From a virus (Duplodnaviria > Caudoviricetes), in the IMG/VR virus record IMGVR_UViG_3300005662_000021, positions 1-64,000 of that record: 64,000 nucleotides of DNA. The stretch is one strand, 5' to 3'. Positions within the stretch are counted from its first letter, which is position 1, and each line of letters begins with the position of its first letter. This document shows, one piece after another, positions 9,921-20,422 of the stretch. A program made the position numbers and the translations under genes. The notes beneath the pieces were generated by a model. It was not told the DNA's origin, ran no database searches, and saw only the letters and a list, made by a program, of their open reading frames with translations.

Positions 9921-10748
9921 CTAAGCACTATATCCTGCTTCATCATCAATTGCTGCATTTACTTTTTCTGTTCCTTTAGCCCAAAAAGTACCAGCAAATT
10001 TATTTGTACGGTCTTCTTTGGCTATTTTAACAAGTTCACGAATAGATAATCCATCTTTTACACCTTGATTAATTCTTTTAGCGAAACCCTGAAAGAAACC
10101 AGGACCATTCCAAGTTGCGTATGAAAAATGTAACATTAATGGTCTACTACTTTCAACAACTTTTTGAGTATCACCTTTAAAGAAACTCTTGGCATTAGAA
10201 TCGTATAATTTTTTCATCAATTTTGCTCCTAGTTCAAGGAGTTGAGGTCTTAATTCACCACCATCATAATTCCATTTCCATTTATTACAAAAACTTTCCA
10301 TACCCATTTTTTCTTTTTCCTTATCAATAAGTCCAAAAAATTCTTTACCTTCTTGTGCTGTAACACTATTTCCTTCAATATTTCCCGCCACTCTATCAAT
10401 ACCAAACATAGTTTCACCTGACCTACTATAAGCACCTTCTTTTCTTGGATGTTTAGTACCTGGATATTTGGCACATTCAGGATTCCAATAACCACCTTCA
10501 AATTTTTGTATAACTTTTTTAGTTATTTCAATAAAATCAGAAGAAGTACCACTTCCACCACCACTATCTGTAGAGGATGAATAATCTGTCGTACTATTGT
10601 TACTACCATCAGAACTTGATTCAGATTTTTTAGCTAAATCCATTGCATAATCTAAAAAGTCCTTAGCAAATTGTTTTGAATCTAATTCGGTTAAATTATA
10701 TAGTTTTTTTATTTGAATTTTTTCTTGTTCACTAATTATTAGTCTCAT
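9921..10748 (-). CDS. putative GH108-like lysozyme with shared leader
   Basis: FEGGYWNP...SGETMFGIDR resembles GH108 EGGY..DP..GET.YGI; MRLIISEQEK leader. Confidence 0.5.
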   Translation of the reverse strand: MRLIISEQEKIQIKKLYNLTELDSKQFAKDFLDYAMDLAKKSESSSDGSNNSTTDYSSSTDSGGGSGTSSDFIEITKKVIQKFEGGYWNPECAKYPGTKHPRKEGAYSRSGETMFGIDRVAGNIEGNSVTAQEGKEFFGLIDKEKEKMGMESFCNKWKWNYDGGELRPQLLELGAKLMKKLYDSNAKSFFKGDTQKVVESSRPLMLHFSYATWNGPGFFQGFAKRINQGVKDGLSIRELVKIAKEDRTNKFAGTFWAKGTEKVNAAIDDEAGYSA

Positions 10749-10807
10749 TTTATTTCTTTTATTTATAAATATTTGATGATAATTAAAATAACTTATATTT
10801 ATTTAAT

Positions 10808-11197
10808 ATGCAAGTTAAAGTAGAATATAAAGATTCGTGTGTTGATAAAACTAAACACAAATACATTCATGAATTTATAAAGTTCTTGAATAAGAATTAC
10901 CCAATACAACAAGACATTAAAATCATATTTTTATCTAAGAGATTAGGGAATATGACTACAGGTTCTAGAAATAATAAAGGAGAAATTAAAGTATTAGGTA
11001 AAAAAAGAATGGTTAGAGACATTTTAAGAACTCTAGCTCACGAATGGATACACGAATACCAATTGGGAGTTTTAGGTAGAAGTAATGGTCCCGATATTGG
11101 GGGAATAAATGAAGATGAAGCTAATTCAATTGCAGCTAAGTTACTTAAAATATTTGAAAAATTACATCCTGAAAAGGAATATATGATGTATGAGTAA
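10808..11197 (+). CDS. HExxH metallopeptidase-like protein
   Basis: TLAHEWIHEYQ...EDEAN. Confidence 0.55.
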   Translation: MQVKVEYKDSCVDKTKHKYIHEFIKFLNKNYPIQQDIKIIFLSKRLGNMTTGSRNNKGEIKVLGKKRMVRDILRTLAHEWIHEYQLGVLGRSNGPDIGGINEDEANSIAAKLLKIFEKLHPEKEYMMYE

Positions 11198-12496
11198 TTA
11201 AACAAATGATGCAAATTCTGAAAAGAATTGTGCTGGCATTTGTGAGTGACTAACATTTCTTCTTATATCTGGTTGAGTTTTTTCAATTTTACTTAAACTA
11301 TCACCATGTTTTCTGTATTGACCACCCCAATTCTCTTGTCTTGATACCATTTTAACATTCTGTGGTAAAGTTCCAGTTAAATCGTTTCCTAATAAAGACA
11401 TAGTATCAGAAGTAACTATAGGGTCTATAAGTCCTGCTTTATATCCTTGTTTAGCTGCAGCCCAAGCATTTTTACCACCAGCAGAAAAACCACTCACAGA
11501 ACTAATTTTAGCATTAGGGTCAGTTGATTTGATATAGTTTATAACACTATCCAATGAATTCTCAAAATTACTATACGCAACGTTTTTATTTTTCAAGTAA
11601 TTACTACCTTGTTGTTGCATAAATTGAGCACCAAATTGGGTGCTAGGGTAACCACCAAAAACAATAGCATAATCAGAAGAATCAACATTCTTATCAATAA
11701 TAATTCCTTGTTTAGAAATTGCTTTATCAGATTTTTTTTCACCTTGTTTTGAACTGCTACCTGGTGATGAAATACCACCTTTATCAGTTACATTAAAATT
11801 AAATTCAATGTGTACAGCATTATTTCCTTTTTCTCTTAGAACTTTTCTAATCCCTGAGTTACCTTGGTTCATTAATTTTTCAGCTGTAGATGCAAATTTT
11901 TCACTATATGGTGTAATATCAATTGCAAAACCAGATAAGTGGTTACTCATAAGTTTTCCAGTACGTTTGTCTCTCTCTCTTAAAAAATCAGCAAATTGTT
12001 GCTGTGTCATTTGATTTGCTTTTAGCTTGTCCCAAGCTTGGACAACCTCATTACCGTACCAATTTAATATATCAACCCTTCTGTTTTGTGAATTTGCTCT
12101 TGCTTGGTCTTCATAAGTTCTAAGTGTACTTGTATATGTTAAATCAGGTGTACCAGCTTCAGCAAATATACTTTTTAAAAGTTTTTCTGCATCGGCATTA
12201 AGTGGTATAGCTGATGGATATGACTTTAAAGTTATACTATCGGCATTAGGATGTTTAAAATATTCACCAGCGGCAACACTACCACTTTGACCTAAAGATT
12301 CACTTGAAGAACTTGAAGAACTTGAAGAACTTGTTGATGATAATCCTCCACTTTCACTTGATTGATTTTGTTGATTGGCTAATGACTTAGCATAATTCAA
12401 AAAATCACTTGCGAATTTTTTTGAATCCACCTCATCTAATTTATAAAGTTTTCTTATATTTTTTCGTTCTGATTCTGATATAATTAATCGTTTCAT
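11198..12496 (-). CDS. peptidase M15-like domain plus alpha/beta-hydrolase-like domain, with shared leader
   Basis: TSTLRTYEDQ, SNHLSGFAIDI, AVHIEF (M15 Zn ligands); GFSAGG elbow; start reassigned to MKRLIISESE. Confidence 0.6.
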   Translation of the reverse strand: MKRLIISESERKNIRKLYKLDEVDSKKFASDFLNYAKSLANQQNQSSESGGLSSTSSSSSSSSSSESLGQSGSVAAGEYFKHPNADSITLKSYPSAIPLNADAEKLLKSIFAEAGTPDLTYTSTLRTYEDQARANSQNRRVDILNWYGNEVVQAWDKLKANQMTQQQFADFLRERDKRTGKLMSNHLSGFAIDITPYSEKFASTAEKLMNQGNSGIRKVLREKGNNAVHIEFNFNVTDKGGISSPGSSSKQGEKKSDKAISKQGIIIDKNVDSSDYAIVFGGYPSTQFGAQFMQQQGSNYLKNKNVAYSNFENSLDSVINYIKSTDPNAKISSVSGFSAGGKNAWAAAKQGYKAGLIDPIVTSDTMSLLGNDLTGTLPQNVKMVSRQENWGGQYRKHGDSLSKIEKTQPDIRRNVSHSQMPAQFFSEFASFV

Positions 12497-12539
12497 TAAA
12501 ATAATTTCTTTATAAATATCAGAAAAATTAATTGGTATC

Positions 12540-12965
12540 TTAAGAGATACCAATTAATTCCAAATCAAATATTAGTTTTTGACCAGCTAATGGATGATTA
12601 GCATCTATAACAACACTTGATTCATTTATATCCAAAATTTTCACGATTATAGGACCTTGTGAACTCATCCCTTGTAAAGTTTCACCAACTTTAACATCTT
12701 GAGGGACTTGAGATTTACTGATTGTAGTAATTCTTTCAGGGTCATAGTCACCATAAGCATCATTTGGTTCAATTTCGATTGTTTTTTTATCACCAACACT
12801 CATCTCCATTAATCCTTGTTCAAATCCTTTGATTAATTGATTTTGACCTAAAGTTGAAACCAAAGGTTCACGACCTTCATTTAATGAAGAATCAAAAATT
12901 GTTCCATCAGATAATCTACCTGTATAATTGACTGTAATGGTGTCACCATTTTGTACTTTTTTCAT
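12540..12965 (-). CDS. FKBP-type peptidyl-prolyl isomerase (SlyD/FkpB-like)
   Basis: VNYTGRLSDGTIFDSS...DANHPLAGQKLIFDLELI. Confidence 0.92.
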   Translation of the reverse strand: MKKVQNGDTITVNYTGRLSDGTIFDSSLNEGREPLVSTLGQNQLIKGFEQGLMEMSVGDKKTIEIEPNDAYGDYDPERITTISKSQVPQDVKVGETLQGMSSQGPIIVKILDINESSVVIDANHPLAGQKLIFDLELIGIS

Positions 12966-13005
12966 TTTATTAATATTTTAATGAAACAATAATAATATAA
13001 ATTCG

Positions 13006-13278
13006 TTAAGTCAATTCGAATGATATTTGTAACATAAATTTTTTATTATAAAATCCCATAAACTCCCAAGCTTCCTCAACAATAAAATTTAAACCATCTT
13101 GACCAATTTCTTCATATAATTTTGAATCCCCAATAAATAATTTACACCGAATAATATATATTTTTTTATTTGTGCTAAAGAATAAGTCTTGTATTTCTAC
13201 ATTACTACCCACCCCATATAGAAGTTCTAGTTCAGAATTAAAAATTCTATTAATTAAAAAGTGAATTGTTTTGTGCAT
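13006..13278 (-). CDS. hypothetical protein
   Basis: 90 aa ORF. Confidence 0.55.
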   Translation of the reverse strand: MHKTIHFLINRIFNSELELLYGVGSNVEIQDLFFSTNKKIYIIRCKLFIGDSKLYEEIGQDGLNFIVEEAWEFMGFYNKKFMLQISFELT

Positions 13279-13326
13279 TAAAAAAAAATGATTTAATTTG
13301 TATTAAAATACTATATTTATATAAAT

Positions 13327-13629
13327 ATGAAAAGACTAATTATAACTGAAGAAGAAAAAGATGATATACTGAGTAAGTATTCAGAAGCTGACGATAGGAT
13401 TTTACGTTATATAAGACGTAATTATAGAGTTATTGAAGTACCTGAAGATTTTATATCTTTTCTTGGAAAATATAAGATTATGGTTGACGATAAAGGTATT
13501 CCTGTCAAAAATAATGTTAAAAGATTAGTTGATTTAATTGATTTGGAAATTATAGACAATTTTCCTGATGTTTCTGATAAAGTTAGAAGACAAACAATAA
13601 AAAAATACATTAAAAATTTTGAAGAGTAA
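13327..13629 (+). CDS. hypothetical protein with shared leader
   Basis: MKRLIITEEEKDDILSKY. Confidence 0.7.
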   Translation: MKRLIITEEEKDDILSKYSEADDRILRYIRRNYRVIEVPEDFISFLGKYKIMVDDKGIPVKNNVKRLVDLIDLEIIDNFPDVSDKVRRQTIKKYIKNFEE

Positions 13630-13663
13630 TTCTAATTTCATATCTTAGATTAAAATTAGAATT

Positions 13664-13849
13664 ATGTCTGAAATTATTTGGTCTTTGGTTGGTGTTGTTT
13701 GGCTAACCATTTCAATCTATATTGCTTATTTGGTCTTTAAATTTGGTAAACCTTTATTTCAAAAATTATTGAAATCAAATGGTGTTACTGATTTATATAA
13801 TGTTAATAATATTTTAAACAAATTTAATAACCCCAATAATAAAAAATAA
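13664..13849 (+). CDS. small membrane protein
   Basis: N-terminal TM segment. Confidence 0.5.
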   Translation: MSEIIWSLVGVVWLTISIYIAYLVFKFGKPLFQKLLKSNGVTDLYNVNNILNKFNNPNNKK

Positions 13850-13850
13850 A

Positions 13851-14105
13851 ATGTTGAGTAACGAATCATTAAAAGAATTTACTTGGATAATGAAAGTATT
13901 GGATTCTTGTGAAAATAATTCACAAATTGAAACTACTATTAAGTTATTTGAGTTATATTTGAAGAAATGGAAAATGAATATGAATTCAAAACACATCTCA
14001 ACTTTCAATTCTAACTTTGAAAAGGAAAAGAAATCAAAAATGATTTCATTTAAGAGAAAAGGGAAATCAACTCTTTTCGGTTCGTCACAATTTTTCTTAT
14101 TTTAA
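13851..14105 (+). CDS. hypothetical protein
   Basis: 84 aa ORF. Confidence 0.55.
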   Translation: MLSNESLKEFTWIMKVLDSCENNSQIETTIKLFELYLKKWKMNMNSKHISTFNSNFEKEKKSKMISFKRKGKSTLFGSSQFFLF

Positions 14106-14119
14106 TAAAATTAAATCAT

Positions 14120-14677
14120 ATGGGATATAGTTATACTTGGTTTGGAAGAGCCAAACGATTTTTAATGCGAGATTTACCTAATTTCTTTAGGAATATATAC
14201 AAATTCAGAAAAGCTCTGTGGAATCATCACTGGTGGGACTATAGTGGTACATTAGATTTCATTGAAATTGGTGTTGATGATATCGCTAATGGTGTTGAAA
14301 AAAAAGGTATCGAAATTCAACACAGTAGAATGAAGAAAGTAGCTAAAATGAGACGTGCTACTGAGATAATTAAAAACATACGTGAAGATAGATATTTTGA
14401 TATCGTTGAAAAAGAAATGGGAAGAGGTTTGAGTGGGTTTAATTATGATTTTATACCTCTTGAAGATAAACCAGGTTTCTTGGAAATGGTTGATAAAGAT
14501 TCTGAAGAAGAAAAAGAGTTCAAAAATAGATATTTTGCTAGAATTAGAGAACTAGAAGAGCAGGAGTGGAATGAACTTTGGGATATTTTGAAAGGTCAAC
14601 ACCCAAGTGTTTATGAAAATGAAGGGAATTGGGATGATATTTTTGATGGAACAGGAATGCGTGGATGGTGGGATTAA
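14120..14677 (+). CDS. hypothetical protein
   Basis: 185 aa ORF ending RGWWD. Confidence 0.7.
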   Translation: MGYSYTWFGRAKRFLMRDLPNFFRNIYKFRKALWNHHWWDYSGTLDFIEIGVDDIANGVEKKGIEIQHSRMKKVAKMRRATEIIKNIREDRYFDIVEKEMGRGLSGFNYDFIPLEDKPGFLEMVDKDSEEEKEFKNRYFARIRELEEQEWNELWDILKGQHPSVYENEGNWDDIFDGTGMRGWWD

Positions 14678-14750
14678 ATTTTTTTTTAAAAAAACTCCTA
14701 ATGTTTTGGAAATAGAAAATAGAATTGTACTTTTGTACTTATTAAATCAT

Positions 14751-15509
14751 ATGAAAAACAACACTACAATGAAAAACACAATTTTATTCCTACTTTGTCT
14801 TCTACCATTAATTTCATTTTCACAAATGGTATACAATGATGGTTATATTTCAGTTAAATATGTTGATTTACTTGAGAGAGATAGAATTAAAGATTCTGTT
14901 TTAATTCCATCTGATAATAAAATAAAAACAAACAAAGTATACGTTGTTGAAGGTAATAGATTACCAACATCAAAAAGTGAGTATTTCTCCAATGAAGATT
15001 TAACTATGTTTAGTTTAAATAATTTTGTTAGTGAGTATTCTAATGATTTAGTATTAGACAATTATAAAAATCCTAGTAAAATAACTTTTAAAAATACAAA
15101 TTTTGAAGTATTTTTAGAAAAAGATAATCGTTTAAATTTTTATAGTGGATATGGTTTTTTTGAATTTGATAGTATTATACAATACACAACAAATCAAGAT
15201 TTCAGAGTTGAGATTGTGTACTATGATGGTTTGATAACTTCGGTTGAATTTAATTTTGACTATATAGGAGAAAAAACTTTAAATTCCACATTGAAATGGT
15301 TCAATTCATTATCTGATAATCAAAAAAATTTATACAATATTAGTGATAATCAAGATATGATAAATCTTTGGATTGATTATCAATTTATGAATTCAATGTC
15401 AGAATCACTACCAAATAAAAATTTTAGAAATAATATTGTTAAAAATGAAGCATTTTCTTTCGTTTTTTCAAATAACGATTTAAACATTATCAATAAAAAA
15501 GAATGGTAA
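14751..15509 (+). CDS. secreted hypothetical protein
   Basis: signal peptide MKNTILFLLCLLPLISFSQ; host-type promoter TTTG..TACTTTTG upstream (~14705-14735). Confidence 0.6.
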   Translation: MKNNTTMKNTILFLLCLLPLISFSQMVYNDGYISVKYVDLLERDRIKDSVLIPSDNKIKTNKVYVVEGNRLPTSKSEYFSNEDLTMFSLNNFVSEYSNDLVLDNYKNPSKITFKNTNFEVFLEKDNRLNFYSGYGFFEFDSIIQYTTNQDFRVEIVYYDGLITSVEFNFDYIGEKTLNSTLKWFNSLSDNQKNLYNISDNQDMINLWIDYQFMNSMSESLPNKNFRNNIVKNEAFSFVFSNNDLNIINKKEW

Positions 15510-15543
15510 AAAAAAAACACTACGTTTCCGTAGTGTTTTTTTT
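15509..15543. terminator. bidirectional terminator
   Basis: AAAAAACACTAC-GTTTCC-GTAGTGTTTTTT between convergent genes. Confidence 0.8.
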
Positions 15544-16549
15544 ATCCTAATTGAATTGTTTTAGGTTCACCAACTCTAGGCGGACTTATCGTAGTAACGT
15601 TAATTAAAACTCTATCATATTTAAGTTTTAAATCTGAAACCAATTTTGGAATTGGTGCTGTAAGTGACCCTGACACATTTAAATCTTTATTAATACTTCT
15701 TATTATGGTGTCTAGTTGTGGATTAATTGTTATTAAATACTCAATAGAAGGAATAGTAACAATTCCGTTTTGCGTTATTCCTCCACTATTTATGAATTTT
15801 TTAAATGTACTACAAAGTGCATCTAAAAGTTTTTTTCTGTTTTCTTCTTCTGTCTTACCAATCCTATTTTTATCAATAGAAAAATCTGCTGAAACAAATA
15901 CCTTTTCATTTAATTTTAAATTATTCAATGATACATTATCTACAGAAGGAAATGAAACATTATTACCTAATTTTAGTTCATTTTCTACAAATTTTACAAT
16001 TTCAGATTTAAAATTTTGAATATTTTTGATTAATCTATTAATTTGTTCAACATTATACTTTGGTAAATCATCTTCAATAATATGATTTATATCGTCAGTT
16101 GTTGGTTCTGCTGGTAAGCCAGGAAAATTAGACCTAAATTTATCTCTTAAAGTATTAAATCTTGTGTTGAATTCTCGTTTTTCTTCAGGGTCAAGTGGTA
16201 AACCATCTCTTTTTCTTACGTTTCTGATAATTGTACCAAAAGAAAGCCCAAGTGATACCATTAAATAATCTTTTAAAACTTGAGAATTATCTTTTATCGC
16301 TATGGTTAATCCATCCCCATATCCTTCCTTTAAAGGACCTGGTTTTTTTCCATTATATTTTAAATTTGTATTTTTATCAATTTCAATTTTAAGTGTTGTC
16401 ATTGTATCAGGTGTGACTAATCCTTTACCACCTTCACAATAAAGTTGAAGTACTGTAGGTCCATACGCTATAGGTTTTTCTTGTTCAAATATCACACGTT
16501 TAACTAATTTTATTAAATCATTTTCAGTTAATCTTATTATTTTTTTCAT
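15542..16549 (-). CDS. hypothetical protein with shared leader
   Basis: MKKIIRLTENDLIKLVKRVIFEQ; start reassigned. Confidence 0.7.
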   Translation of the reverse strand: MKKIIRLTENDLIKLVKRVIFEQEKPIAYGPTVLQLYCEGGKGLVTPDTMTTLKIEIDKNTNLKYNGKKPGPLKEGYGDGLTIAIKDNSQVLKDYLMVSLGLSFGTIIRNVRKRDGLPLDPEEKREFNTRFNTLRDKFRSNFPGLPAEPTTDDINHIIEDDLPKYNVEQINRLIKNIQNFKSEIVKFVENELKLGNNVSFPSVDNVSLNNLKLNEKVFVSADFSIDKNRIGKTEEENRKKLLDALCSTFKKFINSGGITQNGIVTIPSIEYLITINPQLDTIIRSINKDLNVSGSLTAPIPKLVSDLKLKYDRVLINVTTISPPRVGEPKTIQLG

Positions 16550-16598
16550 AAAGTTTGTTTTTATCATAAATATAACTATCTTTGAAAAAAAAGTAAAA

Positions 16599-17321
16599 AT
16601 GAAAATTACATTTATATCTGACACACACTCCAAACACAAATTAATCACTGATGACTTAATTGGTGGAAATTTATTAATCCACGCTGGGGATATATCTTCA
16701 ATGGGTTATAAACACGAAATTGAAGATTTTTGTGAGTGGTATAATAGTTTGGAAAATTATGACTTCAAAATGTTCATTGCAGGTAATCACGATTGGGGTT
16801 TCATAGATAGAGAGCCATTCTTTGTTCATAGAAGTGTCCTAATCCCCAAATCTACCGAAGAAATATTAAATACCTATAAGAACTTTGAATACCTAAGAGA
16901 TAATTCAGTAGAAGTCCAAATTGGGGATGAAAACCCAGTGAAGATATATGGTAGTCCTTGGCAACCAGAATTCTTTGATTGGGCATTTAATCTACCAAGA
17001 AAAGGTGAGGAACTGAAACGTAGATGGAATAATATTCCAACTGATACTGACATCTTAATCACTCACGGACCAGCTTATGGTTACCTAGATAAAGTAATTG
17101 GTAGAACTGACCATCTTGGGTGTGAACTATTGACTAAAAGAATTAAAGAGATAAAACCAAAAATTCACGTTTGTGGTCATATTCATACTGGTTATGGTTA
17201 TACTTTTGATGGTGATACTCATTACATAAACGCATCAGTTCTTAATGAACAATATGCTTATAGTAATAAACCACTTACAATTGATTGGAATCCAACAACA
17301 AATGAATTAGAATTCATATAA
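16599..17321 (+). CDS. calcineurin-like metallophosphoesterase
   Basis: DTH, HAGD, AGNHD, THGP, GHIH motifs. Confidence 0.9.
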   Translation: MKITFISDTHSKHKLITDDLIGGNLLIHAGDISSMGYKHEIEDFCEWYNSLENYDFKMFIAGNHDWGFIDREPFFVHRSVLIPKSTEEILNTYKNFEYLRDNSVEVQIGDENPVKIYGSPWQPEFFDWAFNLPRKGEELKRRWNNIPTDTDILITHGPAYGYLDKVIGRTDHLGCELLTKRIKEIKPKIHVCGHIHTGYGYTFDGDTHYINASVLNEQYAYSNKPLTIDWNPTTNELEFI

Positions 17322-17352
17322 AAAAACCCCCATTTATTGGGGGTTATTTTTT
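17320..17352. terminator. bidirectional terminator
   Basis: AAAAAACCCCA...TGGGGGTTATTTT. Confidence 0.65.
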
Positions 17353-18151
17353 AAGATAATAAACTATTAAATTTTTTAAATTCTTGTAAACGATGAGCTA
17401 AACCATTTGTTCCACCATTCACTCTTCTTGTTACTTTTGTTACAACATCATCTGTTGAACCTTCATCACACATAGGCCAAAGACCTACATTGTTGAAAAA
17501 GAACGCAGCAGAACCAAGTGGGTATTTAGTTGCCACCAAATCAGGATTTACGACACAATCTTCACCAATGAATTTTGAGAAGATTTCATAATTTTGTTTA
17601 CCTGTAAGTTGAATGTAGCCACGGCCTCTGAATTTCCATCCTTCTTTTGACGTTTCATCACCATTACCCATCCTACTTCCATAAACACGAGATGCAATTT
17701 TCTCAGGTTGGTGAGCATAAGATTCAGCTAAGTTACCAGGGAAATATCCACCGAAGATTTTCATCAAACCATCTTTTGAATAGTTTAAATTTTCTGATAC
17801 CGCTTTGAAATTACCTGACTCGTGAGAACATTGAGCTAAGAAATGTGCCAAACGAAGATTTGTGATGAGGTTAAATTTTTCAGCAATTAAACCAATCTCG
17901 TCAATCACATTTTGAGGTACGTGACCTTTAAGTTTCTCCAATTTTAATGGTTCTTTTTTGACTGTGGGTATTTCAATTCCCATTTTACCCAAAGTCACTT
18001 GACCTGCAATACCATCGGCAACTAACCCATTCTTAGATTGCCATTCTTTTAGTACTTTTTCAGTACCAGGACCGAATATACCATCGGCAGTTACCCCCAA
18101 TTTTTCTTGTAGGAGTTTTACTAAAGCTCCTTGTGAACCAATTTTTAACAT
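17351..18151 (-). CDS. GH19 endolysin with N-terminal peptidoglycan-binding domain
   Basis: ADGIFGPGT PG-binding repeats; AHFLAQCSHESGNF, FRGRGYIQLTGKQNY, VTRRVNGGTNGL. Confidence 0.9.
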   Translation of the reverse strand: MLKIGSQGALVKLLQEKLGVTADGIFGPGTEKVLKEWQSKNGLVADGIAGQVTLGKMGIEIPTVKKEPLKLEKLKGHVPQNVIDEIGLIAEKFNLITNLRLAHFLAQCSHESGNFKAVSENLNYSKDGLMKIFGGYFPGNLAESYAHQPEKIASRVYGSRMGNGDETSKEGWKFRGRGYIQLTGKQNYEIFSKFIGEDCVVNPDLVATKYPLGSAAFFFNNVGLWPMCDEGSTDDVVTKVTRRVNGGTNGLAHRLQEFKKFNSLLS

Positions 18152-18206
18152 AGTTTTATATTTTTAAAATAAATACTAACAATCATAACAAATCTGATAT
18201 TTATTA

Positions 18207-19985
18207 TTGTTAATTTTTTTAAAAATGTCATTCAAAGTTAAAAGAACTATTTACTTTTCATTTTTTATAATGTTTCTGTTCGTTATAATAAATCTTATTT
18301 CTCTTGTTTCACCAAAAGAGATATCAACTTATTTGAGTATTTTAGAAATTTTCAGTTTAATATTTTTATTTCCCTTATTCTGTTATTTAGGAAACGTTTA
18401 CACCAGAAAACTAAAGTTAGTTACAAACCACAACAGATATTCAAACAAACTAAATGAATTAATAATTGAGGAGTCTCACAATCCATTATTCTACCAAGGT
18501 AATATAAATGAGGGTGGAAAACTTTTAACTAAAAAGATTTCTGAAGTACTAAATGTTGATAGAGTTTCAATTTGGTTATATGGTAAGAATAAAAGTTCCA
18601 TAATTTGTAAACAATTATATATAAAAAACGATAAAATATGGGATGAAGGTATTTTTTTAAATAAAAAAGATTTTTTACCATATTTTAATCATTTAGAAAT
18701 TGACCCAATCATTGTTGCCAATAATGCTGAGAAACACGAAGCAACTTCTTGTTTTACTGAATCTTATTTAAGACCAAATAAAATAAAATCTATTTTAGAT
18801 GTACCAATAATTTATCGTGGTGAAGTTATTGGAGTATTTTGTTTTGAGAATTTAAAGGTAAGAGATTGGTTACAAATTGAAATAAATTTTGGACAAGTTA
18901 TTGCGTCAATATATTCTTTTACATATTCAATTATGGAGACTAAAAAAGCACAAGAAGAATTAAAAGAGTTTGAAAACTTTGTAGATAATTCAGTATTAGT
19001 TTCAAATGCGGATAAAAAAGGTAGGATAACTTATGTTAACAAAAGATTTGAAGAAGTTTCAGGGTGGAAAATGGGAGAAACCATAGGTAAAGACCACAAT
19101 ATTGTAAGTTCTAATTTACATCCAAAAGAATTTTGGAAAGAAATGTATAATGTTGTAGTAAAACAGAAAAAAATATGGAATGATGTAATAACGAACAAAA
19201 GTAAAAATGGTGATTTGTATTGGGTTGATTCATTTATTAAAGCTGATTTTGATGAAAAGGGTAATCTTAAAGGGTATCGTTCAATCAGATATGATGTAAC
19301 CGAAATCATTAAACAAAATATTGAAATAGAGAAAAAGAACACCTATTTAGAGCATGCAGCAAAGATTCTAAGACACGATATGCACTCAGGTATCAATACA
19401 TATATCCCTAGAGGAATTAATTCGTTAGAACGAAGATTAACTCCAGAACAAATGGAGGAATTAAAAATAACCGCACCATTCAAAATGTTAAAGGATGGGT
19501 TGACACATACTCAAAAAGTGTATAATGGTGTTTATGAATTTACAAATTTAGTTAAAAAAGATTCAGTATTAAACGTCAAAAATTGCGACCTCAAGAAAAT
19601 ACTTGATAATTTCTTATCAACCACATCATACAAAAGTCAGGTTAAAATACATTCATTAATTGAGAAAGAAGTAAATGAACCATTATTTTGTACAGCAATA
19701 GATAACTTAATTCGTAATGGATTAAAATATAATGATTCAAATACAAAGTTAGTGACAGTCCAAATGGAGGGTAATTATTTAATTATTCAGGATAATGGTC
19801 GAGGATTAACTCAAGAAGATTTTATAAAATATTCAAAACCATATTCAAGGAAGGAAGGACAAAAAGAAAGTGGAACTGGATTAGGTTTAAATATTTGTAT
19901 TGCAATATTGAATGAACACGGATTTGAGGTTTCTTGTGAAAAAAATGAAATAGGTACTAAATTCAAAATAAACTTAGAAAAATAA
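18207..19985 (+). CDS. sensor histidine kinase (TM-GAF-PAS-HK-HATPase)
   Basis: 2 TM; GAF (SILDVPII); PAS (ITYVNKRF, GDLYWVDS); RHDMHS; DNLIRNGLKY, DNGRG, GTGLGL. Confidence 0.9.
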   Translation: MLIFLKMSFKVKRTIYFSFFIMFLFVIINLISLVSPKEISTYLSILEIFSLIFLFPLFCYLGNVYTRKLKLVTNHNRYSNKLNELIIEESHNPLFYQGNINEGGKLLTKKISEVLNVDRVSIWLYGKNKSSIICKQLYIKNDKIWDEGIFLNKKDFLPYFNHLEIDPIIVANNAEKHEATSCFTESYLRPNKIKSILDVPIIYRGEVIGVFCFENLKVRDWLQIEINFGQVIASIYSFTYSIMETKKAQEELKEFENFVDNSVLVSNADKKGRITYVNKRFEEVSGWKMGETIGKDHNIVSSNLHPKEFWKEMYNVVVKQKKIWNDVITNKSKNGDLYWVDSFIKADFDEKGNLKGYRSIRYDVTEIIKQNIEIEKKNTYLEHAAKILRHDMHSGINTYIPRGINSLERRLTPEQMEELKITAPFKMLKDGLTHTQKVYNGVYEFTNLVKKDSVLNVKNCDLKKILDNFLSTTSYKSQVKIHSLIEKEVNEPLFCTAIDNLIRNGLKYNDSNTKLVTVQMEGNYLIIQDNGRGLTQEDFIKYSKPYSRKEGQKESGTGLGLNICIAILNEHGFEVSCEKNEIGTKFKINLEK

Positions 19986-19990
19986 AAAAA

Positions 19991-20422
19991 ATGATTGAAT
20001 CTTTAATGTTAATTGATGATGAGGACTTGTTCCATTTGGTGTTTGAAGATGCTTGTTCGTTATTGGATATAAGTTTGTCTTTAAAGGCATTGACGAGTTC
20101 TGATGAAGCCGCAAAACTATTTGAGAAGTGGCATAAAAATGGAGACAAGAAACCTGAGTGTGTTTTTGTTGATTTAAATTTGATAGGTTCATCATTTGAT
20201 GGTATTGAACTTATAAGAAAAATAAATTTTGAGTTTGGAAATCACGTTATTATTGGGATAATATCATCATCCAATGAACCTGAAGAACAAACAAAAGCAT
20301 TACAAGCTGGAGCTCAATTTTGGATTATTAAATCTGATGATATTGAACCTAGATTAGAATCGTTTAGACAAGATTATGAGGGATATAAAAATAGAACAGC
20401 CCCATTTAAAGTATACTCATGA
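19991..20422 (+). CDS. single-domain response regulator
   Basis: LIDDED, VFVDLNL, ISSS, WIIKSD. Confidence 0.85.
   Translation: MIESLMLIDDEDLFHLVFEDACSLLDISLSLKALTSSDEAAKLFEKWHKNGDKKPECVFVDLNLIGSSFDGIELIRKINFEFGNHVIIGIISSSNEPEEQTKALQAGAQFWIIKSDDIEPRLESFRQDYEGYKNRTAPFKVYS

Noticed and set aside
12290-12345. GAAGAACTT tandem repeats
   Set aside because: Simply encode a Ser-rich linker
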